Shown in pieces: positions 26,701 to 39,256 of a stretch of 64,000 nucleotides of DNA. The notes beneath the pieces are model-generated. The model did no database searches. It was not told where the DNA came from and saw only the letters and a program-made list of their open reading frames with translations. Position 1 is the first letter of the stretch. Each line of letters starts with the position of its first letter. Source of the stretch: Priapulus caudatus (taxonomy: Eukaryota); NCBI RefSeq assembly GCF_000485595.1, contig NW_014577070.1, positions 792,526-856,525 on the forward strand. The letters are read 5' to 3'. The translations under genes and the position numbers were made by a program.

Positions 26701-29233
26701 GATGTACCGGTCTCACACGAGGATAACAACGATGCCTACTGTGACATGTTAGCAGTCCTAGACAGCATCATGGAAAGTGCCCTCAGCAACACAACAACAC
26801 CCACTGACACCAAATCACGTGAAGTATGCATGAGAACGCACACGAATGTATATATAACTGACAGTGAAGAGATTAAAGAGCCTCATCAGCCCACTGAAAC
26901 TGTATCCAACGCAGATCCTTCATTGAGTATTGATGTGGAAGGTCATGCATGTCCTGGAACGCCACCAGTGATAAATGAGGCAACTGCAGTACAGAGTAGG
27001 GTTGTGGAGGTGGTATCTAGATCATACGATGATAGTCATGTAGAAATCATACTACAGTCACCTGGTCAGGATGATCTCGTTGTGAGGGAGGTTTTAAATG
27101 AGTTAATAGCTTCGGTTATTGAGGGCATTGCCAAACCTGACGAGAATACACTAACGGTCAGCATTGAGGAAAGTGCAAGGCAGGATCTCCCGGATGCACA
27201 TTTTAAGGATGCTTACGATGATATGGACGTTGCGTCAGTAGTCAAGGATGCATGCGTGGGTATAATAGACGATATGCTGAAGTTCGTTATGGATCCCCTG
27301 AGTGATGTGAAGCTAGAATCGTTAACTCACCTGCCAACATGTGATGAAACTGGTTCACGCATAGAGGATGGAAGCATAAAGACAGAAGTTGCAAGAACTC
27401 ATATGGCACCAGTAAAACATGCAGATGCAGAGCCAGAAAACGTTCCTGCAGAGGATGATGGCATATTCTGTGAACAAACGTCTATGGAAACTAAGATAAC
27501 AGCACCTGCTTCGTTACCAATTCGGAGACCAGTGGCATTTGAGATCAATTTCAAAACATTGAATTCAAGTCCCGTATGTAAAGTGAACGCAGACGATGAG
27601 ACGAGTCCGTCAGCAGTTCAACATCAAACCGAGGTGTTGTCCGATGCCGCCGTGACACATGATCCAACGTTGAAGACAGATCACGAAAGAAATCTGTGCA
27701 CTGTGGAAGATGCGTCTTCAACACCAACTGTGCCAGATTCACCATCTGATGTAAAATCACAGTTCCTTGTTGACGAATTCTCAGTGTCGTCACATCCCAG
27801 TCCTAAACGGCACGTGTACCACACCCATCCGAGAGCAAGGTATTCGAAATTTTTCCACATTGATCTTGAGGAAGCCGACAATCTGAATAGGACTCCGACG
27901 TTACATGAATCTTCTACTCGAAGCTTACCTAATTCCTCATCCAAGGAAAGGCATTTCAGTGGTAAGAAACTCTTGTTTGATAAGATTGCTCCTTATCAGT
28001 TCCATCCAGATGATGGCGCAGAAAGTGCAATTCCACAAGCCTCATGTGTTGATCGACCACCTATTCAAAGCATCAGTGTACATAGCAGTCCATTGTCTAA
28101 CTCCTCACAGAGGTTGTATACCCACCCAAGCTCATTCAGTGGAAACAAAATTCCAGTGTCACCATCAAAGAAGAAACCTCATTTTCGGCCATCTGTGAAA
28201 ACTATCAAGCGTTCGCAGCCTCAAATTTCTGAAGGAACGTTGCCTTCATCGAATGAAGTGGCTAGTTCTAGTGAACACGTCACTAAAAAGCTGAAGCATG
28301 ATCTATCAAGAGCAACAGGCCCATCGTTGAATCCTAGTGAGAGCTCAGGTGCGCCTGAATTCATTGTGATCGGAGAATGGGACAATGAATATTCTGAAGC
28401 TGAAATTGAACAACAGGTGGGAGAAGCCGTTGAGGACATATTGAATACAATAACAGAGGAGGAGGAACCAGCAGAGACAACCCCGATAAGCGAATCCGTT
28501 GCAGCGTGGTTTAATATGCATGTTGACAGTCATTCTGCGGAAGCCTGCCTGTCACCGATTATAGAGGAACCAATACTAGATGCCCACAGTCCAAAGCCTG
28601 ATAATGATTCCTGGGATTTCACGGATTCCCCTGCACCCGCAAATCAACGCAGCAAATCTCAAATATCTGCACACGTAGCAAAACCAGCCGGGAAAGGATT
28701 CAAGTACTATGACGTTGTAAAAAGGAAATCGAAATCGAGGCCAAAACTGACACATGACCTGTTCACATCACCTGTGATAGACACCCTTATTAGTGATGTA
28801 TCAAATTCTAACGTGATGCAGAGTGAGCCATCTCCAGTAGACTCCTCAGGATTAGGATCACAAACCTCATCTGCGACAGATCCCACTATACCTGTAGGTG
28901 GTGTAGATGGTATGGACACGTCTGTTCCAGATGTGTCCGAGCTCCTACGTTCACCAAGGATTGTTAAGTCACTAACCTACACGCCGTTGCATGATAGTGG
29001 AAGTTTCAACCTGAATTGTGAAATTTCCGGCAAAAGGTTGACAGTGCATTGGTATGGCGATGGAGTTTTGTTGCATGAGTCTGAAGTGGGAGAAGAAGAT
29101 GTGCATGTCCTCAACATAACCCAGCCTGTGCATGAAACAGACAATTCCGAGGTCTTGTACACTGTAAAGGCAGAGAACTTGGCAGGCTGCATCGCAACAC
29201 AGACAACAATGCATGCTTCTGATGATGACACAG
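14756..29233 (+). CDS. Giant 14,478-nt exon: acidic Ser/Thr-rich disordered region ending in a degenerate Ig domain
   Basis: Uninterrupted 4836-aa ORF; aacag acceptor in phase 1; CAG|gtgtga donor in phase 1, or read-through to the stop at 29247. Confidence 0.85.
17668..17961 (+). repeat. 96-bp (32-aa) coding tandem repeat, 3 copies
   Basis: IFPDVR.EEGDELT.DV.LTGN.FQEVSVAE units start at 17668, 17764 and 17860. Confidence 0.95.
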
Positions 29234-29530
29234 GTGTGATGACTTAACATCCTTTCAACTTATATTGTAACAGCTATGGCCTTCTAAGTAACGTGTGTAA
29301 TGAATTACTATGTGCATGTGCATGGTATGCGTAATGAATACTTTTGCTTTCCACTCATCATCACGCGTGCTTGTGTTTACCCTGCCTTCAGTAGGTCATT
29401 ATTCAGTTTGTAGAGCGTTATAGTACAACTAGTAAAACGTGAATGAAAATGCAATTGATGGAACTACCCTTTCTGATAAGTGTGCGCAAAACACAAGCTG
29501 GACCAGTCTAGTTTGACCCTCTATTTGCAG

Positions 29531-29661
29531 CCGAGGATAAAACTGAAGATGAAGAAGAAGGATTAAGGCCGACCTTTACTTTAAAACCGAAGAAGAAGAC
29601 GGTGAAGGAGCACTCCACGACTGAGTTCAAGTCATGTTTCATTGCAAACCCAAGGCCTACG
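29531..29661 (+). CDS. Ig domain 6, N-terminal half
   Basis: RPTFTLKPKKKTVKEHSTTEFKSCFIANPRPT; gcag acceptor, gtatgt donor. Confidence 0.85.
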
Positions 29662-29808
29662 GTATGTTCAGGCTTAGATATATTACAAATTGAAAGTAGA
29701 ACTACTTTATAGTTCTGTATTGCTGTAAAATATAACAAATCAAATATTTAAATGTGTGGCAATTTATTTTAATTAATATTACACAAAGGCCCTTCACACT
29801 TCATCTAG

Positions 29809-30001
29809 GTCACATGGTTCTTCGAGGAAACTAAAATTGTCGAGACGGAGAGGGTAAAAGTGTCTCTCTACCCGGATGTTCACATGTACACCTCCATCTT
29901 GCGTATTGAGAAGATCACTACCAAAGACGTGGGAAAGTACACAATTGTCGTGGAGAATGAAATTGGCAAGATTAGTGCTACAGGATCCATCAAATTACAA
30001 G
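29809..30001 (+). CDS. Ig domain 6, C-terminal half
   Basis: VTWFFEE..KDVGKYTIVVENEIG; ctag acceptor, gtcagt donor. Confidence 0.88.
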
Positions 30002-30179
30002 GTCAGTTACAGTAGCAATCCGTAGTGATTCGTCACCACAGGACATGGGTGCCGATATTACATGAATAACATTGCCTGTTAAAGCACATTTAGGCAGTAA
30101 ATAAGCACATTCATGTGTAGTATCACAATAGCCGTGTTTCAACAAAATATGCTGGAGTGGTTTCGTAACATGTTTGTAG

Positions 30180-30345
30180 AAGAGGTAGAGGAGGGCGAGG
30201 CACCATACTTCATCACCACGATGTCGTCAACCGTCACACAAGAAGGCAGCACAGTCACATTTGATTGTCAGGTGGCAGGCAAACCCCGACCAGAAATTAC
30301 TATACTGAAGGACGAACAGGACATTGTGCCATCTGAAAAGTTATC
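30180..30345 (+). CDS. Ig domain 7, N-terminal half
   Basis: APYFITT..FDCQVAGKPRPEI; phase 1->2. Confidence 0.88.
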
Positions 30346-30558
30346 GTATGTGTACATATGTATTATATATTTAGTATATTTAAGAAACAGGGATGGATAG
30401 GAATGGGAATAATGGTTTTCTACTGCTGATAGAACAACGTTGTATATCTGATTATCTGGCTAATATAATCTGTAATATTTCAGCAATTGCCTCGGTCTTA
30501 ATTCACTCGTATGTGGTATCTTAAACCTAACATGCTCCTATTGATTTCGTTGATCTAG

Positions 30559-30748
30559 CGTTGAATACCAGGATGATGGAACAGTGTACTTTACAATCAA
30601 GGAGGTGACACTAGATGATGATGCTCCTTATACGTGCCGAGCAACCAACCAGTTTGGTACAGTTATGTGTACAGCTGAGCTCATCACTGAGCCAGTGAAA
30701 GAGGCACCAATGGTTATCCAACCTCTGAGAGATCAGAAGGTCACCCAG
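30559..30748 (+). CDS. Ig domain 7 C-terminal half plus start of Ig 8
   Basis: DDDAPYTCRATNQFG; phase 2->0. Confidence 0.88.
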
Positions 30749-31147
30749 GTAGAATTGAACATGGGGTATTTATTAAATCGCTTTGAGATATGACCTGCTC
30801 TCATGTAACCGTGGGGCATGCTGAGAATAATACTTGTTGAATTCATTCGGTGTTATGTTCCTATGAGGACAGAAGCTTGCAAAGCAATTAGTTGGATGAA
30901 TTCATCTTTGCTTTGCATATACATGAAATTAATAGTGTCATGTGAGACACAGGCAGGTCAGGAAAGCAAGGGAATATCCATTTTACTATCCATATGGGAA
31001 CTATACTTAGTCAATGTTTAATTAAAGATACTTCAGTTAGTACTTTCGAAAAAGTACCAAATTGGTTAAATATGCTCTCCTACATATAATTATATTGCAA
31101 TATTGTGAAAAGCATTTGAGTATCTTGGTTTCTTGTCTATCTCTTAG

Positions 31148-31273
31148 GAAACCGATGCCAAGTTCATGAGCACAGTCACAGGATTGCCAAAGCCAACAAT
31201 TATGTGGCTGAAGGAGGAGACAAAGTTGCAGCCAAGTGACAAATATCATATCTATGAAGATGATGACACAGAG
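31148..31273 (+). CDS. Ig domain 8, middle
   Basis: FMSTVTGLPKPTIMWLK; ttag acceptor, gtacaa donor. Confidence 0.85.
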
Positions 31274-31442
31274 GTACAATTTGCTTAGATTGACAATGGG
31301 CAATGTTCCCTCAGCTCTTGAACTGCTATCCCATGTATTAAGTAACATATATAACCAGGGGTTAATAATGACAAATTACTTTGTTAAATATTTATAATTC
31401 TTCCTATTCGTTCTTCATTTAACCTGCAATGTGTTTACTTAG

Positions 31443-31548
31443 ATTTTGGAGATTTCAAAGTGCACCCCTGAAGACATTGCCAAATACACACTGGTGGCAG
31501 AGAACACAGCTGGAGAGGCCACAACAGTTGCCAATTTGGACGTAGTTG
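31443..31548 (+). CDS. Ig domain 8, C-terminal part
   Basis: LEISKCTPEDIAKYTLVAENTAG; gtaagt donor. Confidence 0.88.
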
Positions 31549-32020
31549 GTAAGTGTCAAAATCATAACCTTTTCTGCATGAACCCAGAAGTAGACTCAGT
31601 AGTCCAGCCCTCTTGTGACAGATTTTCTAATGTTGTTATAGTGATGATGATGTTGATGATGTTCAAATATAATTAGTTCTTCAAAATGGAAAATAGTCAT
31701 AATCTGTCGAATTGCTTATGTTCCAAAAAAAGATTCATGGGGGTCCCCTTCTGCTCTGCATTCAATCGATCCCCGTTATCAAATTTCTGGATTTGCTCTT
31801 GATAGCTCTACTGTAGCCCCATTCGTAGTATTATTGTTTCATGTAGGTATGTATATTATTTAAACTGCAGTGAAAAAAGACATTCAGATGAGGGATTATG
31901 ATGAAAACGCATTTATGCATTATCAGGGTTATGCATATGATGCAATAATTTATCTGTTCATCATTCTAAATATAGTGATATCTTTACATAGCAATCATAA
32001 CAATAAATTTGTATATGTAG

Positions 32021-32052
32021 CGGAAAAGGTAGAAATACCATGGCACCAATAA
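32021..32052 (+). CDS. Candidate short alternative terminal exon (AEKVEIPWHQ*)
   Basis: tgtag acceptor in phase 1 with the 31548 donor; followed by a TGCATG cluster. Confidence 0.35.
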
Positions 32053-32207
32053 GCGCCATACATAGCCTCTATTGCGATTTCAGAATCCTCCACTGATAAA
32101 TATAATCTAATAATCGCATCCATTTTAGTCCGGTCTATACTAACAATAATACCATTTCGTAATTGTACCTACTAAGTATCTGTAAATACTCATTTCAGGC
32201 GTGTAAC

Positions 32208-32473
32208 TGCATGGTGTTGATTCGTTCGTGTGCTCTGACTAAGTCGAATCTTCTACAACCATCCTCGTTATGAATCAGCTTGCATGACCGAAAGTTGAGA
32301 TATGTGAATAGGACCCGGAAAAAAGCATCGTTGCATGTTGTCGCATTGTAAATCCAGTGTTTTTGCATTGCAGTTTATGTAAATCGCGATGTACTTGCAT
32401 GGAAACGTCTACTGCATGTGCTAGTATGTTAGTGAACGTGGTTCGATTTATGACGGTAGCTCCAATATGCATG
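32208..32473 (+). promoter_or_regulatory. Cluster of six TGCATG (Rbfox-type) elements
   Basis: TGCATG at 32208, 32281, 32332, 32396, 32413 and 32468. Confidence 0.55.
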
Positions 32474-33312
32474 TACAGTAATAATTGTATTAAACCGTTC
32501 CACGTATTACTTTGTCAAAAATCTGTTTATATAGCTGCGATATAATTTTAGTCGCTTACAAGGAATCATGGTTGTGCCAATTTAAACTGGGCATGCTGAT
32601 TCTGATATTTCATAAATATTCTTGTAATATAACTTCTGTAGTGTACAGGATAGACAATACTTGAATCCATTAACTTTATCATGAACTTTTATCATGTCAT
32701 GTCGAATAGCATCTTATATAAATTTATTAGGTAAGGGTGGTGAGGAAAATTGCTTATGCATGTATATAGGAAATATTGGAGGTTTGATTAAGAACTAACA
32801 TTAAATTTACGTCACGAGATGATCACAGTAAATCTTAAGTATGCAACTAAGTTGTAATTGATTTGGTTTTTTGTATAATATTGTTACTAACGCATTTTGC
32901 CACTAGAGTTTGCAATAATAACTAGTTTGTGCTAAATGAGATTAAGCGACTGTAATAAGCATGCTATTGTCATATTCTGTGTCATATTATTAGTACGTTT
33001 CCTGTTCATTTGTACAGTATATTTACATGGCATGATATGTTAGATATGCTTTATACCTTACATGCTCTTCACATTAGTATTCAATTAAATGCATGCGACT
33101 CTGTGCATCATTACTTGCTTAATAGGCTATTATAATGAAATCGTTGGATTTTGCGCTGGTGTTTTTTTGTAAAGAAATTCATTAACTGCAATATAACCAT
33201 TAAAACAGAGGTGTAACGTAATAACTCTCGGCAGAAGGTTGTGACCCGTGTTTTAAGACCAAGTTGTGTACATAATATATTTTAGTATGAATAAGACATT
33301 TCACAAAACATT

Positions 33313-33350
<38 letters not shown>

Positions 33351-34153
33351 TTTAATTGGCATAATGCGTTGATTTAGCAAAATCATATATTAATATTATA
33401 ATTTGTAGATTGAATGGTGTTGGATAGTCAGATAATAAATTATACAGATTATTGCCTGATATTATCAAGTACACTCTATATGAGAAACTCTATTCTCTGT
33501 GTACACCGTTAATACTAGTTCTAGGGCTTGGAAAATCTTGATAAAATTTCAACACGGTGCGTTCACGATTTAATACAACTGTGTGTATGTACAACGTTGG
33601 GGGTTTCATAAAGTTCTACCAAACCCAAAAACTAATGAACAGGGTGTATGGATGATAGGTATTCATTAACTGACTGGATACTTGATGACTTCTATTATCA
33701 TTCCAGAAATCGGTGTAACTGTGTAAAACGCCGAGTCGTGGAGGGAAATATTTCAAAGTGTTTAATTTAATCAGGTTGTGTATATAAAACAGGTTGTGAC
33801 ATTCAATAAAATAAATGTACTCATATTGTTGATTCATTTTAACGGGTATTTGTGTTCGTCTTAATGTTTAAAACTGAACATGAATAATTCTCACAGTAAC
33901 TCTCTTTTCTTGTTAAAAAAATGGTCTTAGAGATAATCGTGTATATTCTTTACCTATTTGCTATTTTTCCTACTGCGCATCATCAAGTACGTGATACCGA
34001 TTTCTTTGAATTTGTCAAGACTGGTATTGAAATCCAGATAAAATGAATTTACAGCAATCACATCGCAAAACTCCGTTAATCTCTTATTATAGATATAATA
34101 TATTGATAAATTACCATAATTGTGCTGCTTATTGTGCACATTAATATAATTTT

Positions 34154-34342
34154 CTTGCTATATTCCCGTTTGTCTCGCAATGGGTGGTCAACAAGATAAT
34201 TGGAGAACACGACGTTTCGTGTGCTACTGCAACAATTCGTCAGGTGATGCGGCGACGTTGCGAGTGAGGAAGCACACGAAACGTCGTGTTCTCCAATTAT
34301 CTTGTTGACCACCCATTGCGAGACAAACGGGAATATAGCAAG
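34154..34342. mobile_element. MITE-like hairpin: 72-bp inverted repeats with a 45-bp spacer
   Basis: 34154-34225 is the reverse complement of 34271-34342; no clear TSD. Confidence 0.75.
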
Positions 34343-35353
34343 CAAGTTTCATTTCCGCAATGGATAACGTTTTTAACCTTATTAATATAATTATTAACTA
34401 ATTGTTTAATTAATCAAATTAATTGCGCGCATAATGTGGCTATTACATCGGACCTTTCATCCGCATGGCAAATGCCGTTATCTAACCAGTGGTCTCAGTC
34501 CATGCCCTCATGTTTGGCCATAACGCGTGGAGTGATTTCAATTACACAAGCCACGTCTTACACAGCGACAGTTTGTGGTCTCAAGCGCCGTGGATGTTAA
34601 CTATTATATTTCATGCTCTATGTCACGTGAAACTTCCATTATACGTTAAAGATTGTGGGGACTTTTTATTAGTAAATGACGTTTGTTACATTATCTTCAG
34701 CTTTCAGAAACGGTGGTCGTTGCAATAATAATATTCGTCAGGAATGAACTATTTCTAACGTGGAAGTTCTAAATATTTTTTCATTTTTAATTGTAATTGG
34801 AGCAGTTTGCATTATGCACATATTTATAACAACTATAGTTGTCGTAAATTTAACTAAACTATAAATCTTTGCCATGCGATCATACATCGTCAGCTAATAG
34901 GTGCGCAGTAAGAAAGTATTGCAGAATGAGATTTATAATAACTAACTATTAAAATGTCCAGACTATCTAAATAAATATATCATGTTATAAGTCCCACCCT
35001 GCCAAACTATGAAAAATATACCGTCACATAAATTGTCAGTGTAGGGGGGGGGGTCCCGCACAAGTAGAAATGGAAAATTTATAGCCCAAATCGGATGAGG
35101 CATAGCGCAAATCGATATAAACTGACATTACTCGAAAACTAATTGGAAAACTGCATCTTGATTATTTACAGCATGCGTGTGATACTATAGATGTTTTTAG
35201 ATTAATAAATCTCTTATTGACTAACCAATTACAATTTTAATAAACAAATACGTATATATATTTATATATGTTTATTAATTTATAGCCGTATATATGTAGG
35301 AAATATGAATGCATTAGCGAGTTTAATGCTAATTAATAATCCCATATGATCAG

Positions 35354-35514
35354 CACCAGAAGAAGCACCAGAGAAAAAGAAAAAGAAGAAGAAGAAGGAG
35401 AAGGTTCCTCCTGGTACCCCACCAGAGTTCATTATTCCCTTGGAGGCGCAGCTTGTGCCAATACATCAGCCTACAGTATTCAAGTGCCAAGTAACCGGAG
35501 AACCGATCCCCCAG
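35354..35514 (+). CDS. Poly-Lys linker plus Ig domain 9 N-terminal half
   Basis: PPEFIIPLEAQL..FKCQVTGEPIPQ; phase 1->0. Confidence 0.88.
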
Positions 35515-36237
35515 GTGATTTTATATTGAAAACAAACATGTCCTATTCGGTTTAGATTATGTATTATTCTATTATACTGAAATTTAGTTCGCAGAACAAC
35601 AATATGATTCCAATAATATCTCAAACAACGCGCTAGAACAATATTTCTCTACTTAACCGGTCTGGTACGAAGAGCGCGATAGTTATGTACGTTATAAATC
35701 TATCATAATTGCGCCACATAATCCATATCATATATTACACACACACATGGACGCACGCACACGCGCACGAAAAATGCGGCGTGCGCGACATAAAAATATA
35801 CGTGTCAAGCTCTAAAGAGTACTCACTGATTCATTTCGCTTAATTATAAGTTTTATGTTACCGCTTATATGCGAAAAGTTGCATGAAAGTTCGAGCAAAA
35901 TAAAATACGGTACAAATGCATGATGGACAAAAATAATTAAATCGATGAGGTAACATTGAACTCCTGGCCCTGTTCTCTCGTATGTAGGCATTGTAGTGCC
36001 CCTAATCTATATAAAAAATCATTTGACTTTTCGTGCTTCATAAAAACTATGCTCATATTATCGCTATTAAATCTCATGAAAAAATATACATACTAGAGTA
36101 GCTCTTTCGCAGTGGATGCATGTTAAGGCGTTAGCTAGTACAGGGCCGTAGCCTGTGCATGGGGTGTAAGGGGGCAGCTGCTCCTCCCCTAGATTTTGGA
36201 GCAAAATCAAAAACAAGCTTAGCTAATAATCGTAAAT

Positions 36238-36856
36238 AACCGCTGTGTGATGCGACCTTGTCGGATCGAAAGGTTTCTAGTTTCGGGATGATACTACAGG
36301 GCCGTAGGCTAAGCAAATTCCTGGGGGGGGGGCAAAATTTCATGACTCAACTGTAAAATGATGACGGACGACAGGCGCAGCTCTTAATCGACATGCATAG
36401 TGTGGTGGGGGTGGGTCTATAGGCCCCCGCACACGGTGCGCATTCGGCGCGCGCCAACGACGCTGAACTAAACGCGCGCGCCATTTGCGCACGTAAATCA
36501 GCCCGCACACGGTGCGCATTCGGCGCGCGCCAACGGCGCTGAGCCAGAAAAATCAAAGACGATAGATATTTTGCGCGCGCATTCTCGCGCGCCAACGGCG
36601 CACGCCAGCCCGCACACGGTGCGAATTCTGCACAGCGCCCTTGGCACGCGCCGACTGCGCACCGTGTGCGGGGGCCTTTAGACCCACCCCCACCACGCTA
36701 TGCATATCGATTAAGAGCTGCGCCTGTCCGTCATCATTTTACAGTTGAGTCATTAAATTTGCCCCCCCCCTAGGAATTTGCTCAGCCTACTGCCCTGTAG
36801 TATCATCCCGAAGCTAGAAACCTTCCAATCCGGCAGGGTCGCATCACACAGCGGTT
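36238..36856. mobile_element. Nested foldback: inverted arms of about 180 bp around an inner MITE with GGCCCCCGCACACGGTGCGC termini (36422-36676)
   Basis: Arms are near reverse complements and contain hAT-like CAGGGCCGTAG ends; the inner TIR is reminiscent of PIF/Harbinger elements. Confidence 0.7.
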
Positions 36857-37284
36857 CGGAGATTGCCATGTAACGGCTACGGTAAAACAGCGAACGGGGT
36901 GTTTGTTACCGTGAAAATCCGTGTGCGCATAGTTTCCAGCGAAACTCGCTGTTTTTATAAAAAAAATAATTTCGCGCCGAAAGGACGACAGCGTAACTTA
37001 ATATTTTTTATATTACCATAGTTATACATAATATCGACGCAGTGTATGGATATGCTCGGGATATATAGTGTCATTGGGGTCGTTTGTAAGATGAGTCACT
37101 CAGCGGAGGACTCAGGGAGTAAAAACGTCTTAGCAACCGTAAAGCAATCGGGAACAGCAGAGTGATGAAATTTACAAGTTTGTTAATGATATAGTTGTAC
37201 CGTATAATGTTATTTTAGGCGCGCAACCACGAGAGTGAAAGCGGCCTTGCATTTCCCCGTCTTCTATAGCTAGTTAGCTGGATA

Positions 37285-37715
37285 AATAGATAGATGGGTG
37301 GGTGAATGGATGGATGGATGGATGGGTGAATGATGAATGTATGGGTGGATCAATGGATAGATGGATGCATGGATGGATCGATCGATCGATCAATCTATCG
37401 ATGGATGAATTGATGAATTGATGAATGGATAAATGGATGGATGGATGGATGGATGGATGGACGGACGGACGGACGGACGGACGGATTGATGGGTAGATAT
37501 ACGAACGGACGGACGGATTGATGGGTAGATATACGAACGGACGGACGGATTGATGGGTAGATATACGAACGGACGGACGGATTGATGGGTAGATATATGA
37601 ACGGACGGACGGATTGATGGGTAGATGTACGAACGGACGGACGGATGGTTGGTAGGTTGGATGGATGGATGGATGGGTGTATAGATAAGTAGATAGATGG
37701 ACAGAAAGGTAGGCA
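37285..37715. repeat. (GGAT/GGAC)n microsatellite with a 32-bp higher-order unit
   Basis: Unit GGACGGACGGATTGATGGGTAGATATACGAAC repeated about 5 times. Confidence 0.9.
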
Positions 37716-37745
37716 TGCATGCACTCAAACAGGCAGGGGTGTAGG

Positions 37746-38239
37746 CAGGGCCGGACTAAGCGTGTGGGGGGCCCGGGGCACGCAATTGTGTGGGGGCCCT
37801 ATAGTCTGTATTTTTTCTGCACTTTCATGCTTGCAAATTCAGAGAGTATTTCATCGTGTATCAACGAATTTAAAATGTCACTTTCGATAGCGAGAATACT
37901 GAGGTTTACCAGTCTCTGTTGGCCCATCGGGGTTCTCATGTGATTTTTAATCAACTTGAGTTTTGAAAATGACCTTTCACCGCTACAATTCGAGACCATC
38001 AATGAAAGATAGATTCTCAGAGCAATTTTGGTATTAGGGAAAGTGTCCTTCAGCTGAACAGCAAAATTCAGTCAGAGAAACAGCATGGTAAACGCATCAC
38101 TTCAACGTTACATGCTAAGAATTTTGTGGATCACAATTACGACAGTTTTGTAAATTTTAGGATACTCTAAATGTGGGGGCCCCAAATGTGGGGGGCCCGG
38201 GGCACGTGCCCCTGTTGCCCCGCCCTTAATCCGCTAGTG
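37746..38239 (-). mobile_element. Internally deleted hAT DNA transposon retaining the transposase C-terminal dimerisation fragment
   Basis: Exact 8-bp TSD GGTGTAGG (37738-37745 and 38240-38247); imperfect TIRs; minus-strand peptide [34 protein letters not shown]. Confidence 0.9.
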
Positions 38240-38955
38240 GGTGTAGGCAGGTAAGCACACGCAGGCAGGCACGCAGGCAGGCAGAGACACATACTACATA
38301 AATACACGCATGCATGTACGTACGTACGAGCCCACGAATGCATGCACATACGCACGCACACACGCAGTTGACGACCCGCACGTATCTATACAAACTATAA
38401 AACATTTTAGCCGCCATATGAGAGCATTTTAAATAAAAGTGTAGCATTCAATTAAATTAACAGTGATGTGTATATACGTACGCACGTATAATTGTCATAA
38501 TTATACGTACGTACGTAGTTATATATCATAGACTAACAATATTTTTAATTCTTAGTCTATGGCTTTATATACGGCCTTTGCAGAGAACGTATAATATATC
38601 ATAATATTATGATATACGTGCTCTGGCTGTACTACGATATTAGAGTCCCTTTATATAGAACGATGTTAGCCGCTCGGCGCCATCTATCTGCGGCGCGTGT
38701 ATTTAATTCTGCAAGTGGCCCAAACGTCAGGGTCGTCGAAACAGCAATTTGTTAGGCGTAGCGTAGTGACTAGACGGCAACGGTACGCGGGCTATAGTAC
38801 TAGAGCTACGTAGTGACAAGTTGTTAGCGTGTTTACTGAAGAGATTGGTATTTCGTGTTAGCGGTAAATAAGGCATTATACCACGTGCGGCCTTACGCCA
38901 GTTAATTTGCCATATGATGTAATTCAGTTGGATGCATTTCTGATAATATACTTAT

Positions 38956-39247
38956 GCGCATGAGCCATATATGATATAGGGTCTATGTCCCCCAGGGTAC
39001 CTACTATCGGAGGGTACCCTGGGTACGGTTCGATATATCGGAACGTACCCTAGTATAACTATCTGATAGGGTTAGGGTTAGGGAGTAGGCGTAGCCGACT
39101 CCCTAGACTCGTTAGTGGAGTAGGCGAGGTACGGTCCGGCATATCAGATATATAGATAGTACCGGTACCAGGGTACGTTCCGATATATATCGAACCGTAC
39201 CCAGGGTACCCTCCAATAGTACCCTGGGGGACATAGACCCTCTCAGC
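38956..39247. mobile_element. MITE copy 1 with internal TTAGGG repeats
   Basis: Long TIRs (GGGTCTATGTCCCCCAGGGTAC...); flanked by TATACTTAT on both sides. Confidence 0.7.
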
Positions 39248-39256
39248 TATACTTAT

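Noticed and set aside
28024..28035. SxIP (SAIP) EB1-binding motif
   Set aside because: Acidic upstream context is unfavourable
14737..29247. 4836-aa ORF as a stand-alone gene
   Set aside because: Its ATG lies in intron-like sequence just before a phase-compatible acceptor, and it ends in an Ig domain like its neighbours; better explained as an exon
15444..29250. Many minus-strand and alternate-frame ORFs
   Set aside because: Shadows of the long plus-strand coding frame with no recognisable products
37274..37728. ORFs in all three minus-strand frames
   Set aside because: Translation of a GGAT/GGAC microsatellite
37799..38002. Functional hAT transposase or ZMYM1-like gene
   Set aside because: Only a C-terminal fragment inside a 494-bp deleted element
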